Source: Octopus sinensis
Lineage: Eukaryota
Reading direction: 5' to 3'
Assembly (NCBI RefSeq): GCF_006345805.1
Contig: NC_043014.1
Span: 54,498,001-54,562,000, forward strand
Length of the DNA stretch: 64,000 nt
Part shown: positions 27,186-38,465 of the stretch, in pieces
Numbering within the stretch: position 1 is the first letter of the stretch
How the letters are laid out: each line of letters starts with the position of its first letter
Program-made: the position numbers and the translations under genes
The notes under the pieces: generated by a model
Databases searched by the model: none
What the model saw: the letters and a program-made list of their open reading frames with translations, nothing else
What the model was told of the DNA's origin: nothing

Positions 27186-27609
27186 AATGCATGGCATCTT
27201 GGGCAAGTGTCTTCTGCTATAGCCCCGGGCCAACCAATGCCTTGTGAGTGGATTTGGTAGACGGAAACTGAAAGAAGCCTGTCGTATATATGTATTCATA
27301 TATGTATGTGTATGTATATGTTTGTGTGTCTGTGTTTGTCCCTCTAGCATTGCTTGACAACCGATGCTGGTGTGTTTACATCCCCGTCACTTAGCGGTTC
27401 GGCAAAAGAGACTGATAGAATAAGTACTGGGCTTACAAAGAGTAAGTCCCAGGGTCGATTTGCTTGACTAAAAGGCGGTGCTCCAGCATGGCCGCAGTCA
27501 AATGACTGAAACAAGTAAAAGAGAGTAAAGATTAATGAGTTAAGACTTTTCCTTCATAATTTAATCCTTTTGTTTTTCTTTCCAGTTGTGAAAATCCATT
27601 GTCTGAAGT

Positions 27610-27804
27610 ATGGTAAAGAATCCCTCCAAGGAGGAATCTCCACTGGCATGTGAGCAAATGACTGCAGCAGGTTCTTCGCAGAAAACTATGTTATTAAAAT
27701 GTGTTTGTCAGTGCTTCATAAATTCTTTGAAATTAATCACCCTCGTCGTATGTTACTACATCCTCTCCATCACTCTCACATTCTACAACAAATTATTTGT
27801 AAAG
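27610..27804 (+). CDS. SLC35C2: SLC35C2-like nucleotide-sugar transporter, coding exon 1 (exon starts at 27586 after a ttccAG acceptor)
   Basis: Encodes MVKNPSKEES...LVVCYYILSITLTFYNKLFVK, which matches the SLC35C2 TM1 motif YYxxSIxxTFYNK. Donor is AAG|GTGAGT, phase 0. A polypyrimidine tract and AG at 27584-27585 imply an upstream non-coding exon. Confidence 0.92.
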
Positions 27805-28368
27805 GTGAGTTCTTGGCTTCATTGAATTCTTCAACTGAAATTTCCATTTTGAAATTATTTTCTACTAGCAGTATCGCCCAGCATTGCTCGGGTTTGTTTC
27901 GACCCTTTAGAATTGGAATTTTTGAAAAGTAAAAAAATTTGCATTATGTAGCTTGTTATTCTCTTTAAGTGAACATTTATCTGGTTGAAATACACCGAAA
28001 AATGGCGACACAGCAGTCAAAAAATTGTAAAAAATAGGGATTTTCATAGAAAAAAAAGCACCTTTTTGATGCAAATAATTTTTGGTGCTAACATGGTCCG
28101 ATTTGAATTTTATCTTCTACAGAATGAAGAGCAAGCCTTCTTCTATACTTTTTACTCTTTTACTTGTTTCAGTCATTTGACTGTGGCCATGCTGGAGCAC
28201 CGCCTTTAGTCGAGCAAATCGACCCCAGGGCTTATTCTTTGTAAGCCCAGTACTTATTCTATCGGTCTCTTTTGCCGAACCGCTAAGTGACGGGGACGTA
28301 AACACACCAGCATCGGTTGTCAAGCAATGCTAAGGGGACAAACACAGACACACAAACACACACACACG

Positions 28369-28409
<41 letters not shown>

Positions 28410-28752
28410 GACAGTCTTCTTTCAGTTTCCGTCTACGAAATCCACTCACAAGGCATTGGTCGGCCCGGGGCTATAGCAGAAGACACTTGCCCAAGTTGCC
28501 ACGCAGTGGGACTGAACCCGGAACCATGTGGTTGGTTAGCAAGCTACTTACCACACACCCACTCCTCCTCCTTTCATACTCTCAATTTTGGTCAACTTGC
28601 ACCGCAGGGTCTCGGAGGAGATGGTGTTAGTTGAAGGCTGCCATACACAGACAACTTTAGCTTTATATATAGAGAGATTTATTTATAACCAATTGTATGG
28701 TTCTTTTTTCTTTCTTTCTTTCTTTTAGAATGTATTATTTAATATGTTGTAA

Positions 28753-29147
28753 TCTTTATATATAAAAGTGAAGTTGTGTGTCTGTCTCCTACGATTTAGA
28801 TTCCTAACTACTCCCACATTTTGCGGTGCAGTTTAACCAAAACCAGGTATCTTATAGTCGTGATTCATATCGAGCCTTTCTGAGTATTAGCGCACGTCTA
28901 CGATGAGTCTACGATTTAAAAAAAAATTTACCATCAATTTTTCTCATTTTTAATGCATTTTTGGCATATATAAGGGAAGTAACTCTCTAAAAATTTATCA
29001 TTAAATCTCAGAACGTAAAAAGCTACAGTAACACCCCCCCCCTTTGTGGTTAACCATATTGTGATGGCTATTATACTTTACATCTCTAAAAATACTTATA
29101 TAGTTATTTCCCTTACAAACCCGAGCAACGCCGGGCGATACTGCTAG
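28753..29147 (+). mobile_element. Non-autonomous Helitron; internally deleted copy at about 42721-42998
   Basis: 5' end A|TCTTTATATATAAAA; 3' hairpin CCCGAGCAACGCCGGG followed by CTAG|T. No TSD, inserted between A and T. Confidence 0.85.
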
Positions 29148-29339
29148 TATGACATACATTCCAAGTTTCACGTAGAATTCTCAAAATTCTTACCCTCCAG
29201 TGCAGCCACTCAGCACCTACTCCCTTCACCTCCCCCAATTTCTTTGTCTCCCCCTCCCCCTCCCTTTCCCTTCTCTTTCCATATTTATTAGAATTACAGT
29301 AAATGTTTTGTTTCTTTTTTTTTACCCCTTTTCTTTCAG

Positions 29340-29490
29340 CATTTCCATCTTCCTTTGTCCCTGACCCTTTTTCATCTCATCATCAAATTTGTCCTGTCCT
29401 GGATTGTAAGAATCGTCTACGAATGGAAGACCCAAATCCGCCGGGTTGAAGTCTCTTGGCCAAACTATGTAAAACGATTGGCGCCACCAG
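29340..29490 (+). CDS. SLC35C2: SLC35C2 coding exon 2
   Basis: tttcAG|CAT...CCAG|GTAATG. Encodes HFHLPLSLTLFHLIIKFVLSWIVRIVYEWKTQIRRVEVSWPNYVKRLAPP, comparable to human FHFPLFMTMLHL...SWADYLRRVAPT. Phase 0 to 1. Confidence 0.95.
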
Positions 29491-29809
29491 GTAATGCCAT
29501 TTATTGATTTCCAATGTAAAAGACTTTGGTCGGTGTGAAATGTTTATTAATTAAAACTGCTTTTTTTTTAATTAAGAAATGTTTATTAATTATGATTGTT
29601 CCTGTAAAAAATGGCAAGGAAGACAACCCCAGGAATCTAAGTTAATTAAAATTAATTAAAAAACAAAATCTAGTGATTGGTTCTTCTCATTATGGGTGAA
29701 TGCTTGGGATCAATGTAACTGATTTTCTCCCTCTCCTAAAGTTGCTAGCCCCATGCTATAATTTAGTAAAAAAAGGGGTTAAATCTATTCCCTTTTTTTT
29801 CACCCCTAG

Positions 29810-29873
29810 GTATTGCTAGTGCTCTTGACATTGGTATGTCTAACTGGAGTTTTGAATACATTACTGTCTCACT
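29810..29873 (+). CDS. SLC35C2: SLC35C2 coding exon 3
   Basis: cctAG|GT...CT|GTAAGT. Encodes GIASALDIGMSNWSFEYITVSL, comparable to human ALDVGLSNWSFLYVTVSL. Phase 1 to 2. Confidence 0.96.
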
Positions 29874-29911
29874 GTAAGTATTGTATTATTTCTAAGGATT
29901 TTCTTTATCGT

Positions 29912-30294
29912 AGTAAAGATTGTTTGCCAACATAACATGGCAGTCCTGGTTTAGGATGAATGTTGCTGTAATTTAGCCCCAGGAATAGTAATTTTCTAAT
30001 TTATATATCAGTGACTATTTGTCACTTTGAAAACCATATATTTCGAACGGCAATTTGACAGCGCCACCTCTAGCCAAACAATTATTCTGTGCTGATGAAG
30101 GAAAATAACCCGGAAATCGCAATACACAGATATTGTTTTGAGCTGAGTGGGGGTGCTAGATTCCCTTGTTTGAAAATATAAGGACACAGATCGTGTTGTA
30201 TAGCCAGCTGGAGATGATGTCTCCTGGGGCTAAATTACAGTAACATTCATCCTAAACTGGGACTGCTATGTTATATTGGCAAACAATCTTTACT
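29912..30294. mobile_element. Fold-back element: inverted arms of about 73 bp (29912-29984 and 30222-30294) enclosing a hammerhead; Penelope-like terminal fragment
   Basis: AGTAAAGATTGTTTGCCAA...GCCCCAGGA is the reverse complement of TCCTGGGGC...TTGGCAAACAATCTTTACT. The HHR lies at 30086-30130. Confidence 0.7.
30086..30130 (+). ncRNA. Minimal type I hammerhead ribozyme, sense orientation in SLC35C2 intron 3
   Basis: Reads UCUGUG CUGAUGA AGG-aaaauaa-CCCG GAAA UCGCAA UA CACAGA. Stem I is a perfect 6 bp, stem II is weak, and stem III is a near-palindrome (AUUGCAAU with one change). Confidence 0.72.
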
Positions 30295-31371
30295 CCAAAG
30301 TACTGTTGCTGAATATCTCTCGTTGTGAGATTTAAAATAGTAATTTTCTGATTTTTTTTATTGTTTAGGTTAACTTTTATGCCACAGTTTGTACAACGTG
30401 TCATACAATATCATATTCTATAAATCTCATAAAATATACGTAATTACCCTCTTTTACTCTTTTACTTGTTTCAGTCATTTGACTGCGGCCATGCTGGAGC
30501 ACCGCCTTTAGTCGAGCAAATTGACCCTGGGACTTATTCCTTTTAAGCCCAGTACTTATTCTATTGGTCCCTTTTGCCGAACCACTAAGTGACGTAAACA
30601 CACCAGCATCGGTTGTCAAGCGATGCTAGGGGGCCAAACACAGATACACAAACACATACATATATATATACATATATACGACAGGCTTCTTTCAGTTTCC
30701 ATCTACCAAATCCACTCACAAGGCATTGGTCGGCCCGGGGCTATAGCAGAAGACACTTGCCCAAGATGCCACGCAGTGGGACTGAACCCGGAACCATGTG
30801 GTTGGTTAGCAAGCTACTTACCACACAGCCACTCCTTTCGTAAGAATGTGCCTGTACTGGTCACATGCAAAGCACCCATGCTAGTGCCACATTAAAAATA
30901 CCCATGCTGGTGTCATGTGTAAAGCACTGGTGTTGGTGCCATGTAAAAAAGCCTCCAGTTCACTCTGTAAAGTGGTTGGTGTTAGGAGGGACATTCCTCT
31001 GTAGAAATCAGGCCAAAATGGTCAACCAGAACCCGTTGTAGCAGCCCTCTGTCTTGACAATTCCTGTCAAACAGTCCAAATCAGGCCAGCAATGGTGATG
31101 ATGATGATATTTGCCACCTGACTGGCTCCCCATGCTGGTGGCACGTGAAAAGCACCATCCGAATGTGGCCAATGCGAGTGCCACTGACATTGTAAAAGGC
31201 ACCCACGACACTCTCGGGGTGGTTGGCGTTAGGAATGGCATCCAGCTGTAGAAACACTGTCAGATCAAGATTGGAGCCTGGTGCGACCTCCTGGCTTGCA
31301 AGTCTCCAGTCAAACCGTCCAACCCATGCCAGCATGAAAAATGGACATTAAACGGTGGTGGCGGCGGCAGC

Positions 31372-32609
31372 CTTCTTCTTCTTCTTCTTTTTCTTCTTCT
31401 TCTTTTCCTTCTTCTTCTTCTTCTTCTTCTTCTTCTTCTTTTCCTTCTTCTTCTTTTCTTCTTCTTCTTCTTCTTTTTTCTTCTTCTTCTTCTTTTCTTC
31501 TTCTCTTTCTCTTCTTTCCTCTTCTTCTTCTTCTTCTTCTTCTTCTTCTTCTTTTTCTTCTTCTTCTTCTCTCTTTTCCTTCTTTCTTCTTCTTCTTCTT
31601 CTTTCCTTCTTCTCTTCTTTTCCTTCTTCTTCTTTCTTCTCTTTTCTCTTCTTCTTTCCTTTCCTTCTTCTTCTTCTTTTTCCTTCTTCTTCCTTTTCTT
31701 TCTTCTTCTCTTCTCTTTTCCTTCTTCTTTTTTCTTTCTTCTTCTTCTTTTCCTTCTTCTTCTTCTTCTTCTCTTCTTTCCTTCTTCTTCTTCTTTCCTT
31801 TTTCTTCTTCTTCTTCTCTTTTCTTCTTCTTTTCTTTCTTCTTTTCTTCTTTTTTTCCTTCTTCTTCTTCTTCTCTTCTTCTTCTTCTTCTTCTTCTTCT
31901 TTCTTTTCCTCTTCTTCTTTTCCTTCTTCTTCTTCTTCTTCTTCTTTCTTCTCTCTTTCCTTCTTCTCTTCTTCTTCTTTTCCTTCTTTCTTCTTCTTCT
32001 TCTTCTTCTTCTTTTCCTTTTCTTCTTCTTCTTTTTTCCTTCTTCTTCTTCTTCTTCTTTCCTTCTTCTTCCTTTTTTCTTTTCCTTCTTCTTCTTCTTT
32101 TCTTCTTCTTCTTCTTCTTCTTTTCCTTCTTCTCTCTTTTCTTCTTCTTCTTCTTCTTCTTTTCCTTCTTCTTCTTTTCCTTCTTTCTTCTCTTCTTCTT
32201 TTCCTTCTTCTTCTTCTTTCCTTCTTCTTTCTTTTCTTTCCTCTTCTTCTTTTCTTCTTCTTCTCTTCTTCTTCCTTCTTCTTCTTCTTCTTCCTTCTTC
32301 TTCTTCTTCTTCTTCTTTTTCCTTCTTCTCTTCTTTTCCTTCTTTTCTTCTTCTTCTTTTCCTTCTTCTTCTTCTTCGTCTTTTCTTTTCCTTCTTCTTC
32401 TTCTTCTTCTCTCTCTTTCCTTCTTCTCTTCTTTCCTTCTTCTTCTTCTTCTTCTTTTCCTTCTTCTTCTTCTTTTTCCTTCTTCTTCTTCTTCTTCTTT
32501 TCCTTCTTCTTCTTCTTCTTCTTCTTCTTCTTCTTCTTTTCCTTCTTCTTCTTCTTTTCCTTCTTCTTCTTCTTCTTCTTTTCCTTCTTCTTCTTCTTCT
32601 TCTTCTTCT
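31372..32609. repeat. Degenerate (TTC)n polypyrimidine tract of about 1.24 kb in intron 3
   Basis: Almost entirely T and C. It is the source of the spurious poly-S/F/L and poly-K/E ORFs. Confidence 0.98.
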
Positions 32610-32788
32610 GTTGCCCCAGCATGGCCACTGTCCTATAACTGAAGCAAGTAAAAGGATAAAAAGCTAATACCTTCTTGGTTATTGTAGAAAGTTTCCGGAA
32701 AGTAAAAAGTCTAATGAATGGAATTTAAATTGCTTTAAATTAAAATTCTCACCTGTCTGTTATATAATAAGTGTTTCTTCTTTTACAG

Positions 32789-32861
32789 GTATACAATGTC
32801 TAAATCTTCCACAGTTTTATTTATCCTGGGATTTTCCCTCCTCTTCAGACTGGAAAAATTT
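32789..32861 (+). CDS. SLC35C2: SLC35C2 coding exon 4
   Basis: tacAG|G TAT...TTT|GTAAAT. Encodes YTMSKSSTVLFILGFSLLFRLEKF, comparable to human [24 protein letters not shown]. Phase 2 to 0. Confidence 0.95.
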
Positions 32862-33005
32862 GTAAATATTTAATTTTATTTGACTTTTTATTTCTTGGAT
32901 AATTTTTCTCTATTCTATCCAGAACTCTTATTAATTTTTTAGTAAATTCTGTTTATGATCTTTTTTATACCAAATTCTCTACTATTTCTGTTAGACCAGC
33001 ACCAC

Positions 33006-33039
<34 letters not shown>

Positions 33040-33406
33040 ATAATAATAGTCCTTTCTACTAAAGGCACAAATTTTGGGAAAGGGTGCTAGTCGATTACAT
33101 CAACCCCAGTGTTTCACTGGTACTTAATTTATTGACCCCCCAAAAGGACAAAAAGCAAAGTCGACCTCAGTGGAATTTGAACTCGGAACGTAGCTGCAGA
33201 CAAAATACCACTAAGCATTTTGCCCAGTGTTCTAATGGTTCTGCCAGCTTGCTGCCTTAATAATAGTAGTAGTAGTAGTAGTAGTAGGCACAAGGCCTGA
33301 AATTTTGGGGGAGAGGACTAGTCAATTACATTGACCCCAGTGTCTCACTGGTACACAGGAGATGTCAAAATATTGTTCATTCGATAACAGTCACACTCTT
33401 CTTATT

Positions 33407-33445
<39 letters not shown>

Positions 33446-33744
33446 CTCTTCTACTGGAGGCACAAAGCCTAAAATTTGTGGGGAGAGGACTAATTGATTA
33501 CATTAACCCCAGTGCGTAACTGGTACTTAATTTATCAACCCCGAAAGGATTTTAAAAGGCAAAGTTGACCTTGGCAAAATTTGAACTCTGAATATAAAGA
33601 CGGGCAAAACACTATGAGCATTTCGTCCAACCTCCTGGCATTTCTGCCATATGTAAAACAATGCCTTTCCTCATCACAGATTTATAGGTTTCTCAAGTTT
33701 TCTGAAGAGATTTTATGGAGAAAATACTAGTTAAGAAATAATTT

Positions 33745-34031
33745 TGTTTGATTTATACATATATATGTATATATGTATATATATATGTATATATGTTATA
33801 TATGTGTATATATATATGTATATATATGTGTATATATATATATATGTATGTATATATAGGTGTATATATATATATATTGTATATATATGTCTGATATATA
33901 TATATGTATTATATGTATGTATATATGTCTATATATGGATATATGTATATATAGTGTTATATATATATATGTATATATATGTATGTATGTGTATATATGT
34001 ATATAATGTGTATATATATATAGTAGATATG

Positions 34032-34069
<38 letters not shown>

Positions 34070-34315
34070 TATGTATATATATGTATGTATATAATCTATG
34101 TGTATATTATATATATGTATGTATATATATATATGTATATATATATATATGGTGGGTCTTGTATATATGTATATATATGGTATATATATATATGTGTATA
34201 TATCTATATGTGTGTATATGTTTATATATATAAGTGTGTATATATGTATATATATATGTGTATATATATATGTGTATATGTATATATGTATATACTATAT
34301 ATGTATGTATATATA

Positions 34316-34353
<38 letters not shown>

Positions 34354-34355
34354 TA
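33745..34355. repeat. (TA)n/(TATG)n microsatellite
   Basis: Seen by direct inspection. Confidence 0.95.
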
Positions 34356-34472
34356 TCTATCCTAAATTTAAAATGAGGGTGAGAATTGGATATTAATTTA
34401 ATTAACATCGATTTCACACCAGTGGTCTAGTATATAAAAAACTGAAGGTTCAGTAAAATTGTATTATATACA

Positions 34473-34889
34473 AATTAGAGGGAAACCACTATGTGGACAC
34501 CCTTATGCTAGAAATAGATCCGCTATGGTCTTACCACAAAGAAATGTTCTCAAGAAAAATTTAGCAAAACAACGAAAACGTAAGACAAAAGAAAAAGCAA
34601 TAAAAATATGGATTATTCGCATACATGTTTCACTATTACCATATTACGTAATTTTACTTACATAAATGTCCGTAGATCTTCAGTGCGACCGTCCAAATGA
34701 ATATAATTTGCAGGACTGCATACTAGGACGTCTGCACAAAGTCAGACTTGTATGCAAATAATCCATATTTTTATTGCTTTTTCTTTTGTCTTGCTTGATT
34801 ACGTTTTGGTTGAGAACATTTCTTAGTGGTAAGACCATAGCGGATCTATTTCTAGCATAAGGGTGTCCACGTAGTGGTTTCCCTCTAAT
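34473..34889. mobile_element. Fold-back element: inverted arms of about 140-150 bp enclosing a hammerhead
   Basis: ATTAGAGGGAAACCAC...GGATTATTCGCATACA pairs with TGTATGCAAATAATCC...GTGGTTTCCCTCTAAT. The HHR lies at 34617-34688 on the minus strand. Confidence 0.75.
34617..34688 (-). ncRNA. Type I hammerhead ribozyme with intact core and long stem II
   Basis: Minus strand reads UCGCA CUGAAGA U CUA...AUGUAA-guaaaa-UUACGU...UAG U GAAA CAUG UA UGCGA. Stem I is 5 bp, stem III is the palindrome ACAUGU, and the triplet is GUA. Confidence 0.8.
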
Positions 34890-35228
34890 ATATCATCATC
34901 ATCATCATCGTCGTTTAACGTCCGTTCTCCATGCTAGCATGGGTTGGACGGTTCGACCGGGGTTCTGGGAAGCCAGAAGGCTGCACCAGGCTCCAGTCTA
35001 ATTTGGCAATGTTTCTACAGCTGGATGCCCTTCCTAACGCCAACCACTTATATATATGTATATACATACATATATATAAGTAGGTGAGTGAATTATCCTA
35101 GTATGGATAATTCGGTTAACCGATACCCGTGTAGCAAATTCACGTCAGAAAACACGGTTGAAGCTACATGCCAAGGGCAGAAATCCCGTGTTCTCGTGTG
35201 GAAATTTTGCGTGTTTTTTTTAACTATT

Positions 35229-35471
35229 AATAAATGAAAGAATGGAGTGGAACAACGATTTTAACAAAATTCCTTTACTCTCGACATATGTTTCGAAGAC
35301 TGCATATTCTTAATTCTGATGCTGACATAGGTTCCTTGTCTTTCCTGATGAGAAGGCGGCATAATGCACCCTTTATTCCTTCGGAATTAAGAATATGCAG
35401 TCTTCAAAACATATGTCGAGAGTAAAGGAATTTTGTTAAAATCGTCGTTCGATTCCATTCTTTCATTTATT
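35229..35471. mobile_element. Fold-back element: inverted arms of about 88 bp with the hammerhead core in the loop
   Basis: AATAAATGAAAGAATGGA...CATATTCTTAATTC pairs with GAATTAAGAATATG...TCCATTCTTTCATTTATT. Confidence 0.75.
35340..35422 (+). ncRNA. Type I hammerhead ribozyme with a G12A change, sense orientation in intron 4
   Basis: Reads CUUUC CUGAUGA GAAGGC...GUCUUC AAAA CAUAUG UC GAGAG. Stem II is GAAGGC/GUCUUC, stem III is the palindrome ACAUAUGU, and the triplet is GUC. The inverted arm at about 35277-35316 keeps CGAAA, so AAAA is probably CpG decay. Confidence 0.72.
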
Positions 35472-35564
35472 TATATATATATATATATATATGCATGTAT
35501 GTATAAATTAGCTACGATTTTTAATATTGTTTCCTCTCTTTCTGCTTGTTTCACCCTTTCATAG

Positions 35565-35733
35565 CGACCATCTCTACTTGTGGTCGTTGTCTTCATTTCC
35601 GGTGGTTTATTCCTCTTCACTTACCATTCCACTGAATTCAACCTAATTGGCTTTATGCTGGTGATGACTGCGACATTTCTCTCCGGACTCCGTTGGACCC
35701 TAACACAACTGGTGGCACAAAAAGAAGGGCTAG
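35565..35733 (+). CDS. SLC35C2: SLC35C2 coding exon 5
   Basis: catAG|CGA...CTAG|GTTTGT. Encodes RPSLLVVVVFISGGLFLFTYHSTEFNLIGFMLVMTATFLSGLRWTLTQLVAQKEGL. Phase 0 to 1. Absent from the ORF track. Confidence 0.95.
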
Positions 35734-36825
35734 GTTTGTACTTTGCATCATATTTTTAATCTTTTTATTATTTCACCGGTTTCAATCATTGGACTGCAGC
35801 CATGCTAGGGTGCCAGTAACATCAGTGTCGATACTCACTTCAGTCAGCTAATTATTTTATTGAACTCTATTTGTCAAACTGCTAAGTTACAGAACATGAA
35901 AGGACCTAACATAAGTAACATCAATACATATATATATATATACATATATACATATATATATACATCAATACATATCATCATCATCGCATCATCATCATTT
36001 AGCGTCCGTTTCCATGCTAGCATGGGTTGGACGGTTCTACTGGGGTCTGTGAAGCCAGAAGGCTCATCAGGCCCAGTCAAATCTGGCAGTGTTTCTACGG
36101 CTGGATGCCCTTCCTAACGCCAACCACTCCGTGAGTGTAGTGGTGCTTTTTATACGTGCCACCCGCACTGGTGCCAGACAGAGCTGGCAAACGGCCACGA
36201 ACGGATGGTGCTTTTTATGTGCCACCGGCACGAGGGCCAGGCGAGGCTGGCAACGGACACGAACGGGGCGGTGCTGGCAACGGTCGTGAAACGGAAAGTT
36301 CTCTTACATGCCACGGGCACTGGTAACACATCTGCAATTTCCATTGATCGATTTCCATTGATCGATTTTGATTCTGATCCTCACTTGCCTCAATGGGTCT
36401 TCACAAGCAGAGTTTCGACATGCCACCGGCACTGGTAGCACATCCGCAATTTCCATTGATCGATTTCGATTCTGATCCTCACTTGCCTCAACACGTCTTC
36501 ACAGTAAGTTTGTGTCCCAAGAGGGAAGGTATGCATACGTAGGCTGGCTCCATCCATGTAGAAGGCCACGGATATTATATATGTATATATATATATATAT
36601 ATATATGTACATATATATATGTATATATGTATATATATGTATATGTATTATGTATATGTATATATGTATATATATATGTATATATATGTATTGGCCAGTG
36701 AGTCCACAACCCGTGGCCAATACATATATATATACATATATATACATATATATATACATATATATATACATATATATATACATATATACATATATACATA
36801 TACATATATACATATACAATATACA

Positions 36826-38465
36826 TCATCATCATCATTTAGCGTCCGTTTTCCATGCTAGCATGGGTTGGACGGTTCAACTGGGGTCTGGGGAGCCCGA
36901 AGGCTGCACCAGGCCAGTCAGATCTGGCAGTGTTTCTACAGCTGGATGCCCTTCCTAACGCCAACCACTCCGAGAGTGTAGGGTGGGTGATTTTGTGCCA
37001 CCGACACAGGTGCCAGACGAGGCTGGCGAACGGCCACGCTCGGATGGTGTTTTTATGTGCCACCGACACAGGTGCCAGACGAGGCTGGCAGACGGCCACG
37101 CTCGGATGGGTTTTTTATGTGCCACCGACACAGGTGCCAGATGAGGCTGGCGGACGGCCACGATCGGATGGTGTTTGTTACGTCCCCAAAGCACGGAGGC
37201 CAGTCTATGCGGTACTGGCTACGGCCACGTTCGGATGATTTTCTTGTGTGCCACCGCACTGGTACCACAAAGATACAAATTCCATTTATGTTCATCTATT
37301 TTGATTTGTTTTGATTTGATTTGATTTGATTTGATTTGATTTTCACTTGCCTCAACAGGTCTTCACAAGTGTCACAAGAAGGAAGGTATGCATAGGTGGA
37401 CTGTCTACGTCGCCGGGTCTTCGGATGGTGTCTTTATGTGCCACCGACACAGGTGCCAGATGTGGCTGGCGAACGGCCACGATCGGATGGTTTTCTTGTG
37501 TGCCACCGGTACTGGAACCACAAAGATACAAATTCCATTGATGTTCATCTATTTTGATTTGGTTTGATTTCACTTGCCTCAACAGGTCTTCACAAGTGTC
37601 ACGCGTGTCACACACTTGCCTCAACAGGTCTCCACAAGTGTCACACACTTGCCTCTGCCTCAACAGGTCTTCACAAAGTGTCACACACTTGCCTCTGCCT
37701 CAACAGGTCTTCACAAGTGTCATAAGAGGGAAGGTAAGCACAGGTGGACTGACTACGTCGCCGGGTCTTTGGATGGTGGTGGTGTTTTTATGTGCCACCG
37801 ACACAGGTGCCAGGTGAGGCTGGCGAACGGCCACGATCAGATGTGTTTTGTTGTGCCCACAGCACGGAGGCCAGTCGACGACCACGTTCGGATGGTTTTC
37901 TTGTGTGCCACCGGTACTGGAACCACAAAGATACAAATTCCATTGATATTCATCTATTTTGATTTGGTTTGATTTCACTTGCCTCAACAGGTCTTCACAA
38001 GGGTCACACACTTGCCTCAACAGGTCTCCACAAGTGTCACACACACTTGCCTCTGCCTCAACAGGTCTTCACAAGTGTCATCACACACTTGCTCAACAGG
38101 TCTTCACAAGTGTCATAAGAGGGAAGGTATGCACAGGTGGACTGACTACGTCGCCGGGTCTTCGGATGGTGTCTTTATGTGCCACCGGCACAGTGCCAGA
38201 TGAGGCTGGCGAACGGCCACGATCGGATGGTGTGTGTTGTGCCCCAGCACGGAGGCCAGTCGATGCGGTACTGGTTACGGCCACGTTTGGGTGGTTTTCT
38301 TGTGTGCCACCGGCACTGGTACCACGAAGAATACAATTCCACTGATGTTCATCTATTTTGATTTGTTTTGATTTGATTTGATTTTCACTTGCCTCAACAG
38401 GTCTTCATAGTGTCACAAGAAGGAAGGTATGCACAGGACTGACTACGTCCCCGGTCGGGGCCACG
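36826..38465 (-). repeat. Expanded family D element with nested internal tandem modules
   Basis: Units of about 60 bp (CGGATGG..ATGTGCCACCGACACAGGTGCCAGA.GAGGCTGGC..ACGGCCACG), units of about 30 bp (CACTTGCCTCAACAGGTCTTCACAAGTGT) and (GATTT)n are arranged in higher-order blocks of about 250-420 bp. Confidence 0.85.

Noticed and set aside
11523-30895. Recurrent ORFs containing ASFSFRLPNPLTR..WSARGYSRRHLPK
   Set aside because: These are antisense translations of SINE family B, not a gene family.
31341-32642. Three ORFs of more than 420 aa (poly-S/F/L and poly-K/E/R)
   Set aside because: These are translations of the (TTC)n tract, which has no stop codons.
36990-38400. CRISPR-like regular repeats
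   Set aside because: The intervening sequences are themselves repeated rather than unique spacers, there are no cas genes, and the context is a eukaryotic intron.
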